Made by a program: the position numbers and the translations under genes. DNA of 64,000 nucleotides from assembly GCF_008831285.2 (NCBI RefSeq), contig NC_045138.2, positions 7,316,001 through 7,380,000 on the forward strand, read 5' to 3'. Below are positions 54,638 through 64,000 of this stretch, piece after piece (the stretch's first letter is position 1; each line of letters starts with the position of its first letter). The notes beneath the pieces were generated by a model that saw only the letters and a list, made by a program, of their open reading frames with translations, had not been told where the DNA came from and did no database searches. The DNA is from Nymphaea colorata (Eukaryota).

Positions 54638-55549
54638 GAACAAAGAAGTGATCCATACAGTCTTTCCCTATGGCTCTACATTGCTTGTGGACATATCCCA
54701 AAAAAGCAGCTGTTGCAAGAACAAAGCCACGGAGCAATGCTATGCTATGGCTCTAAAAAGTGAAAATGAATCACAGATTTGACCATTTTCTGTAATGCTA
54801 TGGACTCACACAAGAAAGCTATGGACTCACACAAGAAAGATGTTTCTGTCAGACAAGGAACTGGGACATGTACAAACTCAAAAGCATTTCAAGAAATCAC
54901 AAAAGTGGGCAAATGTACAGGGACATTATTATTGTGCCGAAAAGAAATTCTTTGTAGCAGCATGCTCCAGAACAATAACATATAATGTCTGTACAAGTGC
55001 TTCATTCTCTCCATGGCTGAATTTTGAAAACTGACTAACTTTCAGTTATCGAAAAAATGGATCTAAAAAATTGGCAAGAAGATTTTGCAACTTTATGGTA
55101 CTTAACTCAAAGAAAATGCAGAATAATAAAAAATTACCCACAATAAGTGGGTGTGAGAAAAGCAAAGAAGGAAACAGAACGCATAACTAAGAAATAAAGA
55201 AAACATGAGCACGGAAAGAAACCTTGGTTGCACCAATTTTAGCTGCTGCTACTGGCCCAAGTGACTTGGATTTCTGAGACTGAGCTCTAGACAACTGTGG
55301 CTCCTTCGGCTCTTCTTCATGACTATTGTCATATTCAGGTGTATCAGAGAAGGCAAAAGGATCTCGCAACTGGTTCTCCATACCCATCATCATGGGAGAT
55401 GGTGCGTTGTTCAGTGTCTTTGGTAATGACACGCCAGGATGGAAACCAATGCCATCAGGATCATTCAATAAACCATGGCCATTGGATCGTGCAAAGGTTC
55501 CACCGATGGACCTATCTATGGTCGATCTCCTTGAGCAAATTCCACCCAT
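38900..55549 (-). CDS. PSI1: PSK SIMULATOR 1-like protein (DUF3475 + DUF668); 12 coding exons, 1962 nt, ~653 aa
   Basis: Exons 55223-55549, 51102-51427, 50882-50974, 50688-50778, 47379-47472, 46537-46634, 45295-45364, 42125-42231, 40378-40494, 39687-39763, 39507-39551, 38900-39416. GT-AG junctions keep frame. Motifs: MGGICS, ILSFEVANTIVKG, DPQWHNLDRYF, LGSAGLALHYANII, RDTLYQGLPP, GWVGEWAN, IETLHHADKEKTE. Confidence 0.92.
39507..39551 (-). CDS. PSI1: PSI1-like exon 11
   Basis: AHHGFGWVGEWANT(G). Confidence 0.9.
39687..39763 (-). CDS. PSI1: PSI1-like exon 10
   Basis: LTIPQIKAEMEKTLQWLVPIAANTT(K). Confidence 0.9.
40378..40494 (-). CDS. PSI1: PSI1-like exon 9
   Basis: VSRPSSIPPNARDTLYQGLPPSVKLALRSKLLTFTVSEE. 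Confidence 0.9.
42125..42231 (-). CDS. PSI1: PSI1-like exon 8
   Basis: GLKLEKKAASSNQQRLGSAGLALHYANIITQIDTL. Confidence 0.88.
42465..42600 (+). mobile_element. Possible tRNA-derived SINE fragment
   Basis: ccaaggggtgTGGCACAACTGG (box A-like)...GTTCAGATC (box B-like). No TSD recognised. Confidence 0.35.
43337..43914. mobile_element. Possible PIF/Harbinger (Tourist-like) MITE
   Basis: Degenerate inverted ends gaggccccc.../...cggacagggcctaa, with internal cagga/tcctg repeats. Confidence 0.3.
45295..45364 (-). CDS. PSI1: PSI1-like exon 7
   Basis: VMEKLVDIVHFLHLEIHEAFGGD. Confidence 0.9.
46537..46634 (-). CDS. PSI1: PSI1-like exon 6
   Basis: DSISMLRAELKSQNKHVRSLKKKSLWSKILEE. Confidence 0.9.
47379..47472 (-). 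CDS. PSI1: PSI1-like exon 5
   Basis: ELYHELHALDRFDQDYRRKLQEEENPTAAQR. Confidence 0.9.
48444..49267. mobile_element. PIF/Harbinger-like non-autonomous element
   Basis: TAA|GGTATCATTTGAT...ATCAAACAGGCC|TTA, with ggaat/attcc subterminal repeats and internal caaacagg-like motifs. Confidence 0.55.
49722..50232. mobile_element. GC-rich MITE-like element embedded in microsatellites
   Basis: Degenerate TIRs tacgccaagcatttggtgtaaagcatacgctcct / aggagcatcatgcccattatgccagagcattggcata, flanked by (TA)n(TG)n on the left and (TC)n(TA)n on the right. Confidence 0.5.
50688..50778 (-). CDS. PSI1: PSI1-like exon 4
   Basis: LGLELTPQKQLKEEAESIMQQLMGLVQCTA|gtgagt. Confidence 0.9.
50882..50974 (-). CDS. PSI1: PSI1-like exon 3
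   Basis: EELSIFAGEVVRFGNRCKDPQWHNLDRYFE(K). Confidence 0.9.
51102..51427 (-). CDS. PSI1: PSI1-like exon 2
   Basis: VSEVSSLLGRAGTVGLGKAVEVLDTLGSSM...IAASDKR. Confidence 0.92.
51971..54180 (+). mobile_element. Copia-4: truncated Ty1/copia remnant in PSI1 intron 1 (antisense to host)
   Basis: PBS-like TGGTATCATAGC at 52254. Gag (UBN2-like ORF 52687; knuckle CFYCNKRGHVKSEC) fused to integrase (FQCDGGGEF, PHTPQQNGIAERKHRH, GYRCY). No RT or 3' LTR seen; 5' boundary approximate. Confidence 0.85.
52300..52468. repeat. (TTTCTG)CCCTAA(T/C) repeat cluster in Copia-4 leader
   Basis: About ten CCCTAA cores in ~170 bp. Confidence 0.75.
55223..55549 (-). CDS. PSI1: PSI1-like exon 1
   Basis: MGGICSRR...KIGATK|gtttc. 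Confidence 0.85.
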
Positions 55550-58500
55550 TTTTTCTCAAATTGTTCTATATTGATTCCTGATTATTGGAATATCCAGAAA
55601 CTCACCACCCTCGAAGATATTATACATATACGCTTAGAGCTCAATGGCTAGCGAAGCTCAAAATTTCCAAGGGATCCAAACTGTGCCCAGACTCACTTTC
55701 ACACCGATCCTTGCATGCTCAATTGAGTAATTTGTCGTTTCTTTCCCAATTATGGACTAGAACAAGTGATCCAATGGTTCTCACAGTCACAGGCGGTATT
55801 ATTTCTTCACTCGTCAGCTAGGACAGAGAAATGTAAAGAGAGTAGTTTATACTTCAGAAGGAGTCCTTGAATTCCCTTCGTTTATTGCAAATCCATGAAC
55901 CCGAAAGCAAGCATCCATCTGGAGACAGAAGGGGAATTATCCCGCATCGGAATCAACAGCAACAGCAGAAACCTTTTGCTGCCAAAATCTGTCGTATCAA
56001 AAGTTAGAAAACCAAGGAATAATAACAAGGCTGCTGTTGGTTTCCTAGGCCAAATAAAGAGATAGAGAACACCCACTACCCACTTTATTCTTTTACCACA
56101 GATGAACAAGAAGGTGAGCAACCAAACTAAAAGAAAATCGCGTAAAAGAATTTCTAAAGAACAATTTTCTTCTTCAAAAAGGAAAAGGAAAATCACGAAG
56201 ACCACCGTAGCCGAAGACAAAAATTGATAAAAGAATGGCTATCCTTGAAGAACCCAAAATCAGCGAATTCACCGCGAAAACAGATGATTTAGAAAACCAT
56301 CCGCCCATTCTCTGGACAGATCCAACAACAACCAAAAATCACTACAAAAAATCAAAATTTTAGAAAACCCACATAGATCTACCACCAACAGCACCATCCA
56401 TCACTTGGAGATCAGATTTTCCCACACAGAATCGTGAAGATAGAAGAACAGAAGGGCAGAGAGGCAACTTAATACCGATTGATCGGTCAAAAATGACAAA
56501 AAAAAAAAAGAAAACCAAACATCCCAAAAACTTAAAGCAACAAAAAATTAAAAAGAGTAAGAAAGCAAAAGGAAATTGTTGAACTGACCATTGGGGCGGA
56601 ACTTTTCAGACAAAGCTTGACGAGACTGCAGCAACAACAAAGAGTAGCAGCAGCAGCAGCAGCAGCAGCTCACAGCTGCTGCACCAAGTCCACCCACCCG
56701 ATTAACCAGGGTGTCAAAGAAGGCCTAGTCAAACCCCACCATGGTTAAATTCTAACCGTAGTTAACACCTACACCTCTTTCCCCATAAATGAGCCATGAT
56801 TTTTCTGCAAATTCTGAAAAATAAAGAAAAAACAATCGAACCCCATTCTGAGACCAAACCAGGAGTTGGAGAAGCCTCGAGGCGTCCCAGGCGGCGCCCA
56901 CCCACTTCGACTCGCACTTTGACGAAAAGATAACAAAAGAAAGTGAAATTTGACGAAGGGGACGCACCAGCCTTGTCCTTTCTGCAATTGCCAATGAAAA
57001 ACAAACATACCTACGGCTAAGAATAATATCTCGATATTATAGGACTTGGGTGTTCTCTCTTCTTTTTCCTTTTATCTCGGTTCATGCCCAAGTCTAATTG
57101 CCATTAACTTTTTAAGTTGGCCAGTTGTTTGAGTCTTGCTGTACTGGGTCATTGGTCAATTAAACTCCCTTTTAAGAAATGAAAAAAACAAAAGAAAGAG
57201 AGAAGGAACTTGTTCTATGTGGTTAGTCAAGTCAATCACATTTGTTTGTATTCAAAATTTAAGCTTGGAGATATTGGGAGTTGAGACAATTTTGATTCTG
57301 TCAATTCTTCTTAATGAGTAGAAGGAGTATTTTATCTTACTATCGAAAATCTCATCAAACTTCATCTTACTGCTCAAAGGAGAATCAAAGCTTCCATCGA
57401 ACCCTTTGTTTCTCCTACGTACTGGGCCTACTTTAGTTTCTATCCATTATTGAATTTCAATTTAAATGCAAAGATCAAACCTGCTTTTCAAATTAATCAA
57501 AGGTTCATAATCAGTTTACCATGGGTATTTTTTATTTTAGAGTGGATTTTCACGCTTGATTGCATGAAGATTCAGAGAGCAATGTGCAAAATGTTAAGTT
57601 GAAGACTGTAGTCGCCAACGGGGTTGCTGCAGAAGGCTTTAGATCAATCTCATTCTGATTCTGCAGTCTTGCCTTTCCATTCTGCTGTCTGAGCTTCCTC
57701 ATAGTGTTGTCATGGTAAAATTTGATCGTTAGGGTTCACTCTGTCCAAAAGAAAATAATGTTCAACTGTTCAATCTTTCCAATTTATATCATATCCAACA
57801 GGCTTGACATAATGGTGTGAGCTATAGTTGTCATGGAGGTGGTGATGATCTAATTTTCATTTATACAAGCGGAAGTTATACAACCTAACATTAGAAATGT
57901 ACATGAAAGATATTTTAGCAGTACCCTGATGTCATCCTCAAGAGGATTCAGGGTAGGAATATGAATGGGGTCGGATGTGGGTCAGGTCCGATTCTTAAAT
58001 AGAATTTGATTCGGACTTGGATTCAGAGCCTACTCAAAACTGAATTCTTTTTTTACTAGATCGACCTTTGTTGGATCCTAGTTGGTATACCTGGTTGAGA
58101 TTTAGATCTGGTTATGGAACTGCATAATGAATCCGAACCTAAATCCAGATCGGTGATCGGATTCAGATTTTTTAGCACAGGTAGGTGGATTTAAAAACAG
58201 GGTACATTTTGCAAAACTTAACATAAAACCACGTTGTATTAGCTATGTTGATCTATATATTTTCAGAAGTTAATTGTAGCTTTAAACACAAAAGCAAAAA
58301 GCAAAAAAAAATAGAAAATTAAAATTGAGACAGAAATTATGAACGTTCATATCAGGCTCCTCAATTTGGCAAGGGCTGGCTTAGGTCAGGAATCACCAAT
58401 ATCATTACTGCATGCCATTGAGTGCTTGAACATTAACCTTGTTTAGGAAATTAAGTGGAAAATTTGAGTTGATTTAACTGCTTATACATTGGATGACCTC

Positions 58501-58565
58501 ATTCTTGCAAATACACTTTCTTAAAGGATCACGTAAAATGTAGGTGTTCATAATTCAAAACATCT

Positions 58566-58810
58566 TACCCTAAGGGCCGTGGCATAGCTGGTCAGCGGGG
58601 TGTAATATAGAAGGTTGGGCAGGTGGCGTGTTAAAGGCACATCGTCAATTTGATTCATGTGGGTGCTACTTACTTAGTCCGTAAATGATGAGATCAGACA
58701 CTCTTTGACTGGTATACGACACTCCACTCAAGAATCCAGAGGCAAGGGGAATGAGGGGCCTTTTAAGCCTCTTTTCTAGGCAGAGTGTTGTCAACCTCCT
58801 ACTCACCAAG
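58566..58810 (+). mobile_element. tRNA-derived SINE with TSD
   Basis: Box A-like TGGCATAGCTGG, box B-like TTTGATTC followed by gtgggtgctact. Flanked by ataattcaaaa(c/t)at(c/t)t at 58550 and 58811. Confidence 0.65.
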
Positions 58811-59291
58811 ATAATTCAAAATATTTGTTAGCATACAAAAAGAGAAGATGTATGTATCTACCAAACTCAACTAGCTCTTATATAATTGCACTCTGGTATT
58901 AAGAGAGAGTACATGGGAGTTCTCTACAGAAGGTCACTTCTGCTTTCAATTTAGAACTAAAGATGTAAAATTGTATCACGATTTCTTCACAGATGACTTT
59001 GTTTTATAAGAACTTTAGAAGGCCGGGTGTTGCCAAAATTTATTCCGGCTAACTTGTTCAGCGATCAGCATATCATGAAACGCCATTGAATTCTTCCAAC
59101 TGTTTCATTTTTCTTATTGCATTTCATACTATATATATGAGATGCATTATTGTCTTTGACTCATAAAAATATTACAAAATTGGAGCTGAATGGACATAAA
59201 AGAAAAAGATATATGCTACACCAATGAGATCACATATATTCATTAAACATGCCTATCTTGGAAATAATAAACCGTCAACAAAATTGACTAT

Positions 59292-59294
<3 letters not shown>

Positions 59295-59339
<45 letters not shown>
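59295..59339. repeat. (AG)n microsatellite
   Basis: Perfect AG dinucleotide run. Confidence 0.95.
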
Positions 59340-59342
<3 letters not shown>

Positions 59343-60779
59343 TCAACTTTTAGCTACATGTGGGGACATGGAGGTAGCATAGAAAACAATAAAGGGCCAG
59401 ATAGGTCTTCATCTTTCAATAAATTGTCTTATTCATGATTAATGGAATCAAATCAAATAATTGAAGCTCTAAACTCATTGGTCCACATTGCATAAGCTGT
59501 CCTTCTAAGCGTTTAGTGGCTCCCAGCAGAACCCATGAATAGTTAATTATTTGAATAAGTTTTTGGTTATAGAATAATCACATCTCACCTTGCTTAATTG
59601 TAGATATAATATGACCAAAATGTTGCTTGTGGCGAGGAACTTGATGAACATGTAGAAGGACAAGCAGCCTTGGAGTAAAGTGCACATTACTTTTGAAAGG
59701 TTCTTTATTATGGTTCACTTTAAATTCTTCTTAATAAGTAAATGGAGCTAGCTTGAATTACATTCTAAGTTCTAGGGTTGGTCTATTAACTGCAGATCTA
59801 AGATCCATGGTGATTTATGCTCAGTGACATGTAGCCCCTTACTGTCAGAGCTTAGAAATATAACATAAATCATAGATTTGGGATTGACAATGTTAAAATC
59901 CATTGTCTAGTGACCGATACACATATTGGCATCAGCCCCAAACTTTTTCTTTATTTGCATAAAGGTGCCATCAAATATTTGTTTATTTATATATACTAGT
60001 GCCCCTTAAAGAATGAAAATTCCTTAAATGGTGCCCTTCAACCAAAAATTTCTGGCTCCACAACTAAATTGATCCACACTTTTTATTTAAACAAAAGCCT
60101 TATATAATGTATACTCAAACCAACATCAGATTTGAGATTCGAGGCTATCCTTAGTTTGATAGAGAGATCTTAGTCTTATGACCATATATAGATGTGAATT
60201 CTAATCAACCCCGGATACTAGATCTAAGGTTATCAAACATATCATTGATTTATAATGAGAGAAGTTAGGCTTTTGACAATATAGTAAGTTACAAGAGACT
60301 CTGGGTGTGTGCATTGGGATGTGCGCAATTCTATACATGGCATTGGCAGCCTTTCTTCTTTTTCATTTTTAACACGAAAAAATGCATATAGAATATGAGA
60401 GGCAAGTCGCAATCTGGTGGGAGTTAAACTCCATCTCTAGTATCTGCATCCCCAGGTCCTATAGACGGAGGGGGAGCAAGAAATTTATGGCGTATGAGCA
60501 TTCATATATAAATTCAATTATTTTATGAGGCAATCTATATATATATATATATAATTAAGCTGCCATGGGGTATCAACAGAAAATATACGAATTTTATGTG
60601 AGCTGGTGTGGGCTGCTCACATATGCCTCCGCCACTACCTTAAAGGTGTCATTTACGTAGTCCCTTTCTCAAGAATTTCAAAAATATAATATTGTCTTCC
60701 ATTGTGTGGTGCTTGTTACATACTGTTAACCAGATATAAGAAGTCTAAGGAAAACATCTCTCTCTCTCTCTCTCCCTCC

Positions 60780-60829
<50 letters not shown>

Positions 60830-60971
60830 AAACCACCATCCAATCAACAGCACTCTATGCATTATATGAGGGGTGTGCTATGAGAGGCCAGAGGAAGAGG
60901 GAATCCCTACTACCATGGGGATTCATCTCCCTCTCTCTAGAGTTCATGATAGCTAGTGGATAGCCGTCCAG

Positions 60972-61170
60972 CCAGGGGCGGAACCAAGATTTTTTCATTA
61001 GGAGGGTCAAACTAACTTTCAAAATTTTAACAGGGGTGAAAATATTTTTTTTTTCAAAAATTTTATACACGTTATGTGAAAATTTTTAAATATTATATAC
61101 AATTTTTTGTTTTTAAAATTTTGACCAACGAGTAAGCCAACTTTCTTCCTCCATCGGCACCTGCCATTGT
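60972..61170. mobile_element. hAT-like MITE fragment
   Basis: Begins CAGGGGCGGAACCAAGATTTTT, a common plant hAT-MITE terminus; degenerate opposite end near 61160. Confidence 0.4.
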
Positions 61171-61452
61171 CCACTGAACATGTAATTTACCTTTTCTCTT
61201 ACTTCATGGAACCTATGTAATTGATTTGCTTGAGAAGCCCTATTGCAGGTTTCTCGTTCATCATTATTTGTTATGTTGGTTGAAGCTTTTACATTGGTCT
61301 ATCTGCAATTGGTTCTTCAATTTCTTTTGAAGTTCATACAGATGGGGCAAATCGATCGATGGGAATTTGGGTTCTGATTTAGGAAATCAACTTTTCATCA
61401 CTTCATTCCCACAATCCATTTGATCCATGAGTTTGATTCTACCAAAGTAGTT

Positions 61453-61637
61453 CAGGTGAGCTGAAACCATCCCCCACCTCTGGGGTTCAGGGTTGTTTCG
61501 GTACTTATACACCTATCAACTAGAGTATTATACTGCAATTGTTCGTAATCTAGAGGAGTAGCACCCACGAGAATTGAACTAACAATGGCTCTCACCGGCC
61601 CACCAGCCCGATCAACTATACTATGTCCCTTAGAGCA
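61453..61637 (-). mobile_element. tRNA-derived SINE, same family as 58566-58810
   Basis: Minus strand reads taagggacatagtatagttgatc...gttcaattctcgtgggtgctact. 17-bp TSD attc(t/c)accaaagtagtt at 61436 and 61638. Confidence 0.7.
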
Positions 61638-62721
61638 ATTCCACCAAAGTAGTTGCATCCAACCAAGCACAACATACACAAAAAAATATTTAGCTGCACT
61701 GTTCAATTTCAACCTAGCATCTACAAGGCAAAATTATTGGACTGTGAAAATTGTGTACGTCCCAATTGACATGACGTTGGGCATCCAAGTACTGATATTC
61801 TTTTTTTGATTTCCATTGTTTCTTGATTTGCCAATTCATGCAGTTGATTTTCTAATTCTTGATTCAACCACCTTTTCTTGAAGATGCACTATCTTCCTTC
61901 ATTATTATATGATTATAGGGTTCAAGCTCTTGTATTTATGCAAGTCCGTCTTGCATTCATCAGGTTGTGATGTAGTCAACTTGACAATTGTTAATTAATT
62001 TGTTATTCCATCAAATTAGGTTCTTCTAAAAGCACAAGTTCTATGTAATGTTGATGCAGGTAAATGGTTCCAATATGCAAAGTCACATATTTCAACTTGA
62101 TCCAAAAATTGGTTGTTTCAATTGGATGCCAAAATTACGTAAGTAATGGAACACATCTTTTATCGGAATTATTACACAGTTGATTGAGTGATTGAAAGTT
62201 GCTTTTATTGATTTTTTTTTTTTGCAGGCAAATCGATGCGAGAACTCATGAATGCAGTTTTATTAGCTAATGAATTAGATGACATGCATGGGGATGAAGG
62301 TAGACCACATGTTGATAACATAGATTAAATGGAAGGGCTCAACTTTGATGCAGGTACCGATTATGACATATGAAATATGGATTGATCAAAAGTTATGGGA
62401 TCCAGCATGTTTTCTGTTAGACCTAATTAGTTCAGCCCTTCTTAGGTTGTGCGAAATAGGTTTTATGGCATCCAGCTTGTTCCATAAATGGTTTGGAGGC
62501 TAAATCTATTCTATTTGGATTTAGCTTGCAGGTGATGTTTGGGATAGGGTCTGAATATATCATAGACAAGCTTGTGTCAAGTGATGGTGCTTTTTGGGGG
62601 CATTTGATAGCCCCCCATTTCAGATTCAACCTTGGATATGCTATGAGTCATGATGGCCTATCAAACGAGCATTTTTTAGATCCACGGATTTCAATTCTAC
62701 TAAAGGGTGGACATCTATGAT

Positions 62722-62779
<58 letters not shown>

Positions 62780-62999
62780 GAGGAGGAGGAACCAGTGACA
62801 GAGATACATGGTGGCTGGTGTGGCATCCTGGGCCACTGCTCACACCAGTTAATCAGATATTTCTATGGAAAGACTTGAATTTATCCTATGATAATTCAAA
62901 AATTATATGTCATGACCACACCAGAATTGAGTGCCCCTTAACTGAGAAATTCTGGCTCTACTCTAGCGGCAACCTAACTCAGCCAAGTTTGTTGAGGGT

Positions 63000-63035
<36 letters not shown>

Positions 63036-63439
63036 AGGTCAAGGGTTTTCGAGGCAAAACACTTGTTAGAAAAATGACATGCCAAAAGAAAGAGGGCTAG
63101 GGCCATGGAAAAATGTCAAAGCACTTTTTACCCTTCATATTTGCAGGTTTCATCCATGTCAATATGACATAACCTTACAAGTTCAGAAACACAGCTTGAG
63201 AGCTCTGTTGCATGATGGAGTGTGAGGGTGTGGAAAATGGGAGCGTTGGATGGGGTTTGGGGGAAACCTCCAACCACTGGGAGATGTAGTGAGAGATTCT
63301 GACAGCTATCGGCCCTCCCGTGTGAAGATTGTGGTTCATCATTCTCTAGAGAGTCCACTTATTATAATTCCTTCTCAGGCATATGAATGTCTCACTCAGA
63401 TATTCTACTTCATGACAACACTAGGCTTGGTGAAGAAAT

Positions 63440-63620
63440 GAAAATCAAAGAGGTCCAATCGATTGAAATTGGGCTGCAACTTCTTAACCTACTAGTGGAA
63501 CTCTAGAATGAGTACTCTTTCAAAGCTATTGCCCAGATAAAGTTAGAGGTGGGATATGCCTAGATAGAGTTAGAGGTGCCTATGGGGTTTACTCCCATCT
63601 CCTCATCAAATTGAGATATG
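63440..63620 (+). mobile_element. Possible LINE ORF1 remnant
   Basis: Reads LLNLLVEL*NEYSFKAIAQ...VGYA*IELEVP, resembling the plant L1 ORF1 LP..LW....IA...G.ARV.VEV pattern. Confidence 0.4.
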
Positions 63621-64000
63621 GTGATAACAACATATTCATTCAGGAAATACATTACAAAGCTAGGTTTTCCTAACCCAAGGAAGAGGGTTATAGTGGTCCA
63701 GAGAATCAATATTGGGTATACTAAGAAGGGGATGAAAGATGATGGGTTCAATTCGGCAGCTAAGGGGCCTAGGGCTCCACCATTAGTGTCTAGAAACATT
63801 ACTTGGTCAAGGAACCATGAACCTCATGACACCAAAGACTGCCTCTCATTCTCCAACAACTGACAAAACTTCATTTGCAGTCACAGAAGGGAATGGATCC
63901 GGTAAGATGTTCTCAAAAATTTGTGGCTCTAACCTAGGTATTTTGATCACTCCTTTCAAATCATTTTTTTGCCTATGGGCAAAAAGGGGTTTAGGGGAGA

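Noticed and set aside
58570..58670. tRNA gene
   Set aside because: Only box A/B-like motifs, no cloverleaf, and flanking TSDs indicate a SINE.
61240..62300. Scattered LINE RT-like peptides (SSLFVMLVEAF; NAVLLANELD)
   Set aside because: Too short and out of order to define an element confidently.

Overview
Eukaryotic (flowering-plant) nuclear DNA; species cannot be fixed from the sequence alone. It holds the last codons of a dirigent-family gene (1-88, +) and two convergent, intron-rich genes whose exons I could splice into continuous frames by hand. The first is a chloroplast RbgA/YlqF-type circularly permuted GTPase (DAR GTPase 3-like, + strand, 9 exons, 8458-36971, ~382 aa). The second is a PSK SIMULATOR 1-like DUF668/DUF3475 gene (- strand, 12 coding exons, 55549-38900, ~653 aa). 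The most striking structure is the GTPase's 23.4-kb intron 5. It carries a nest of transposons, all sense to the host gene: Copia-1 (TSD CTGGT) with a hAT transposon in its 3' LTR, and Copia-2 (TSD AATGC) with a younger Copia-3 (TSD ATATT) inserted at its RT YVDD motif. A decayed copy of the GTPase P-loop exon lies just upstream of the real one. The remainder contains a truncated Copia in PSI1 intron 1, LINE remnants, tRNA-like SINEs with TSDs, MITEs, tandem duplications and microsatellites. I found no evidence for a wholly new protein system; the interesting signals are architectural.
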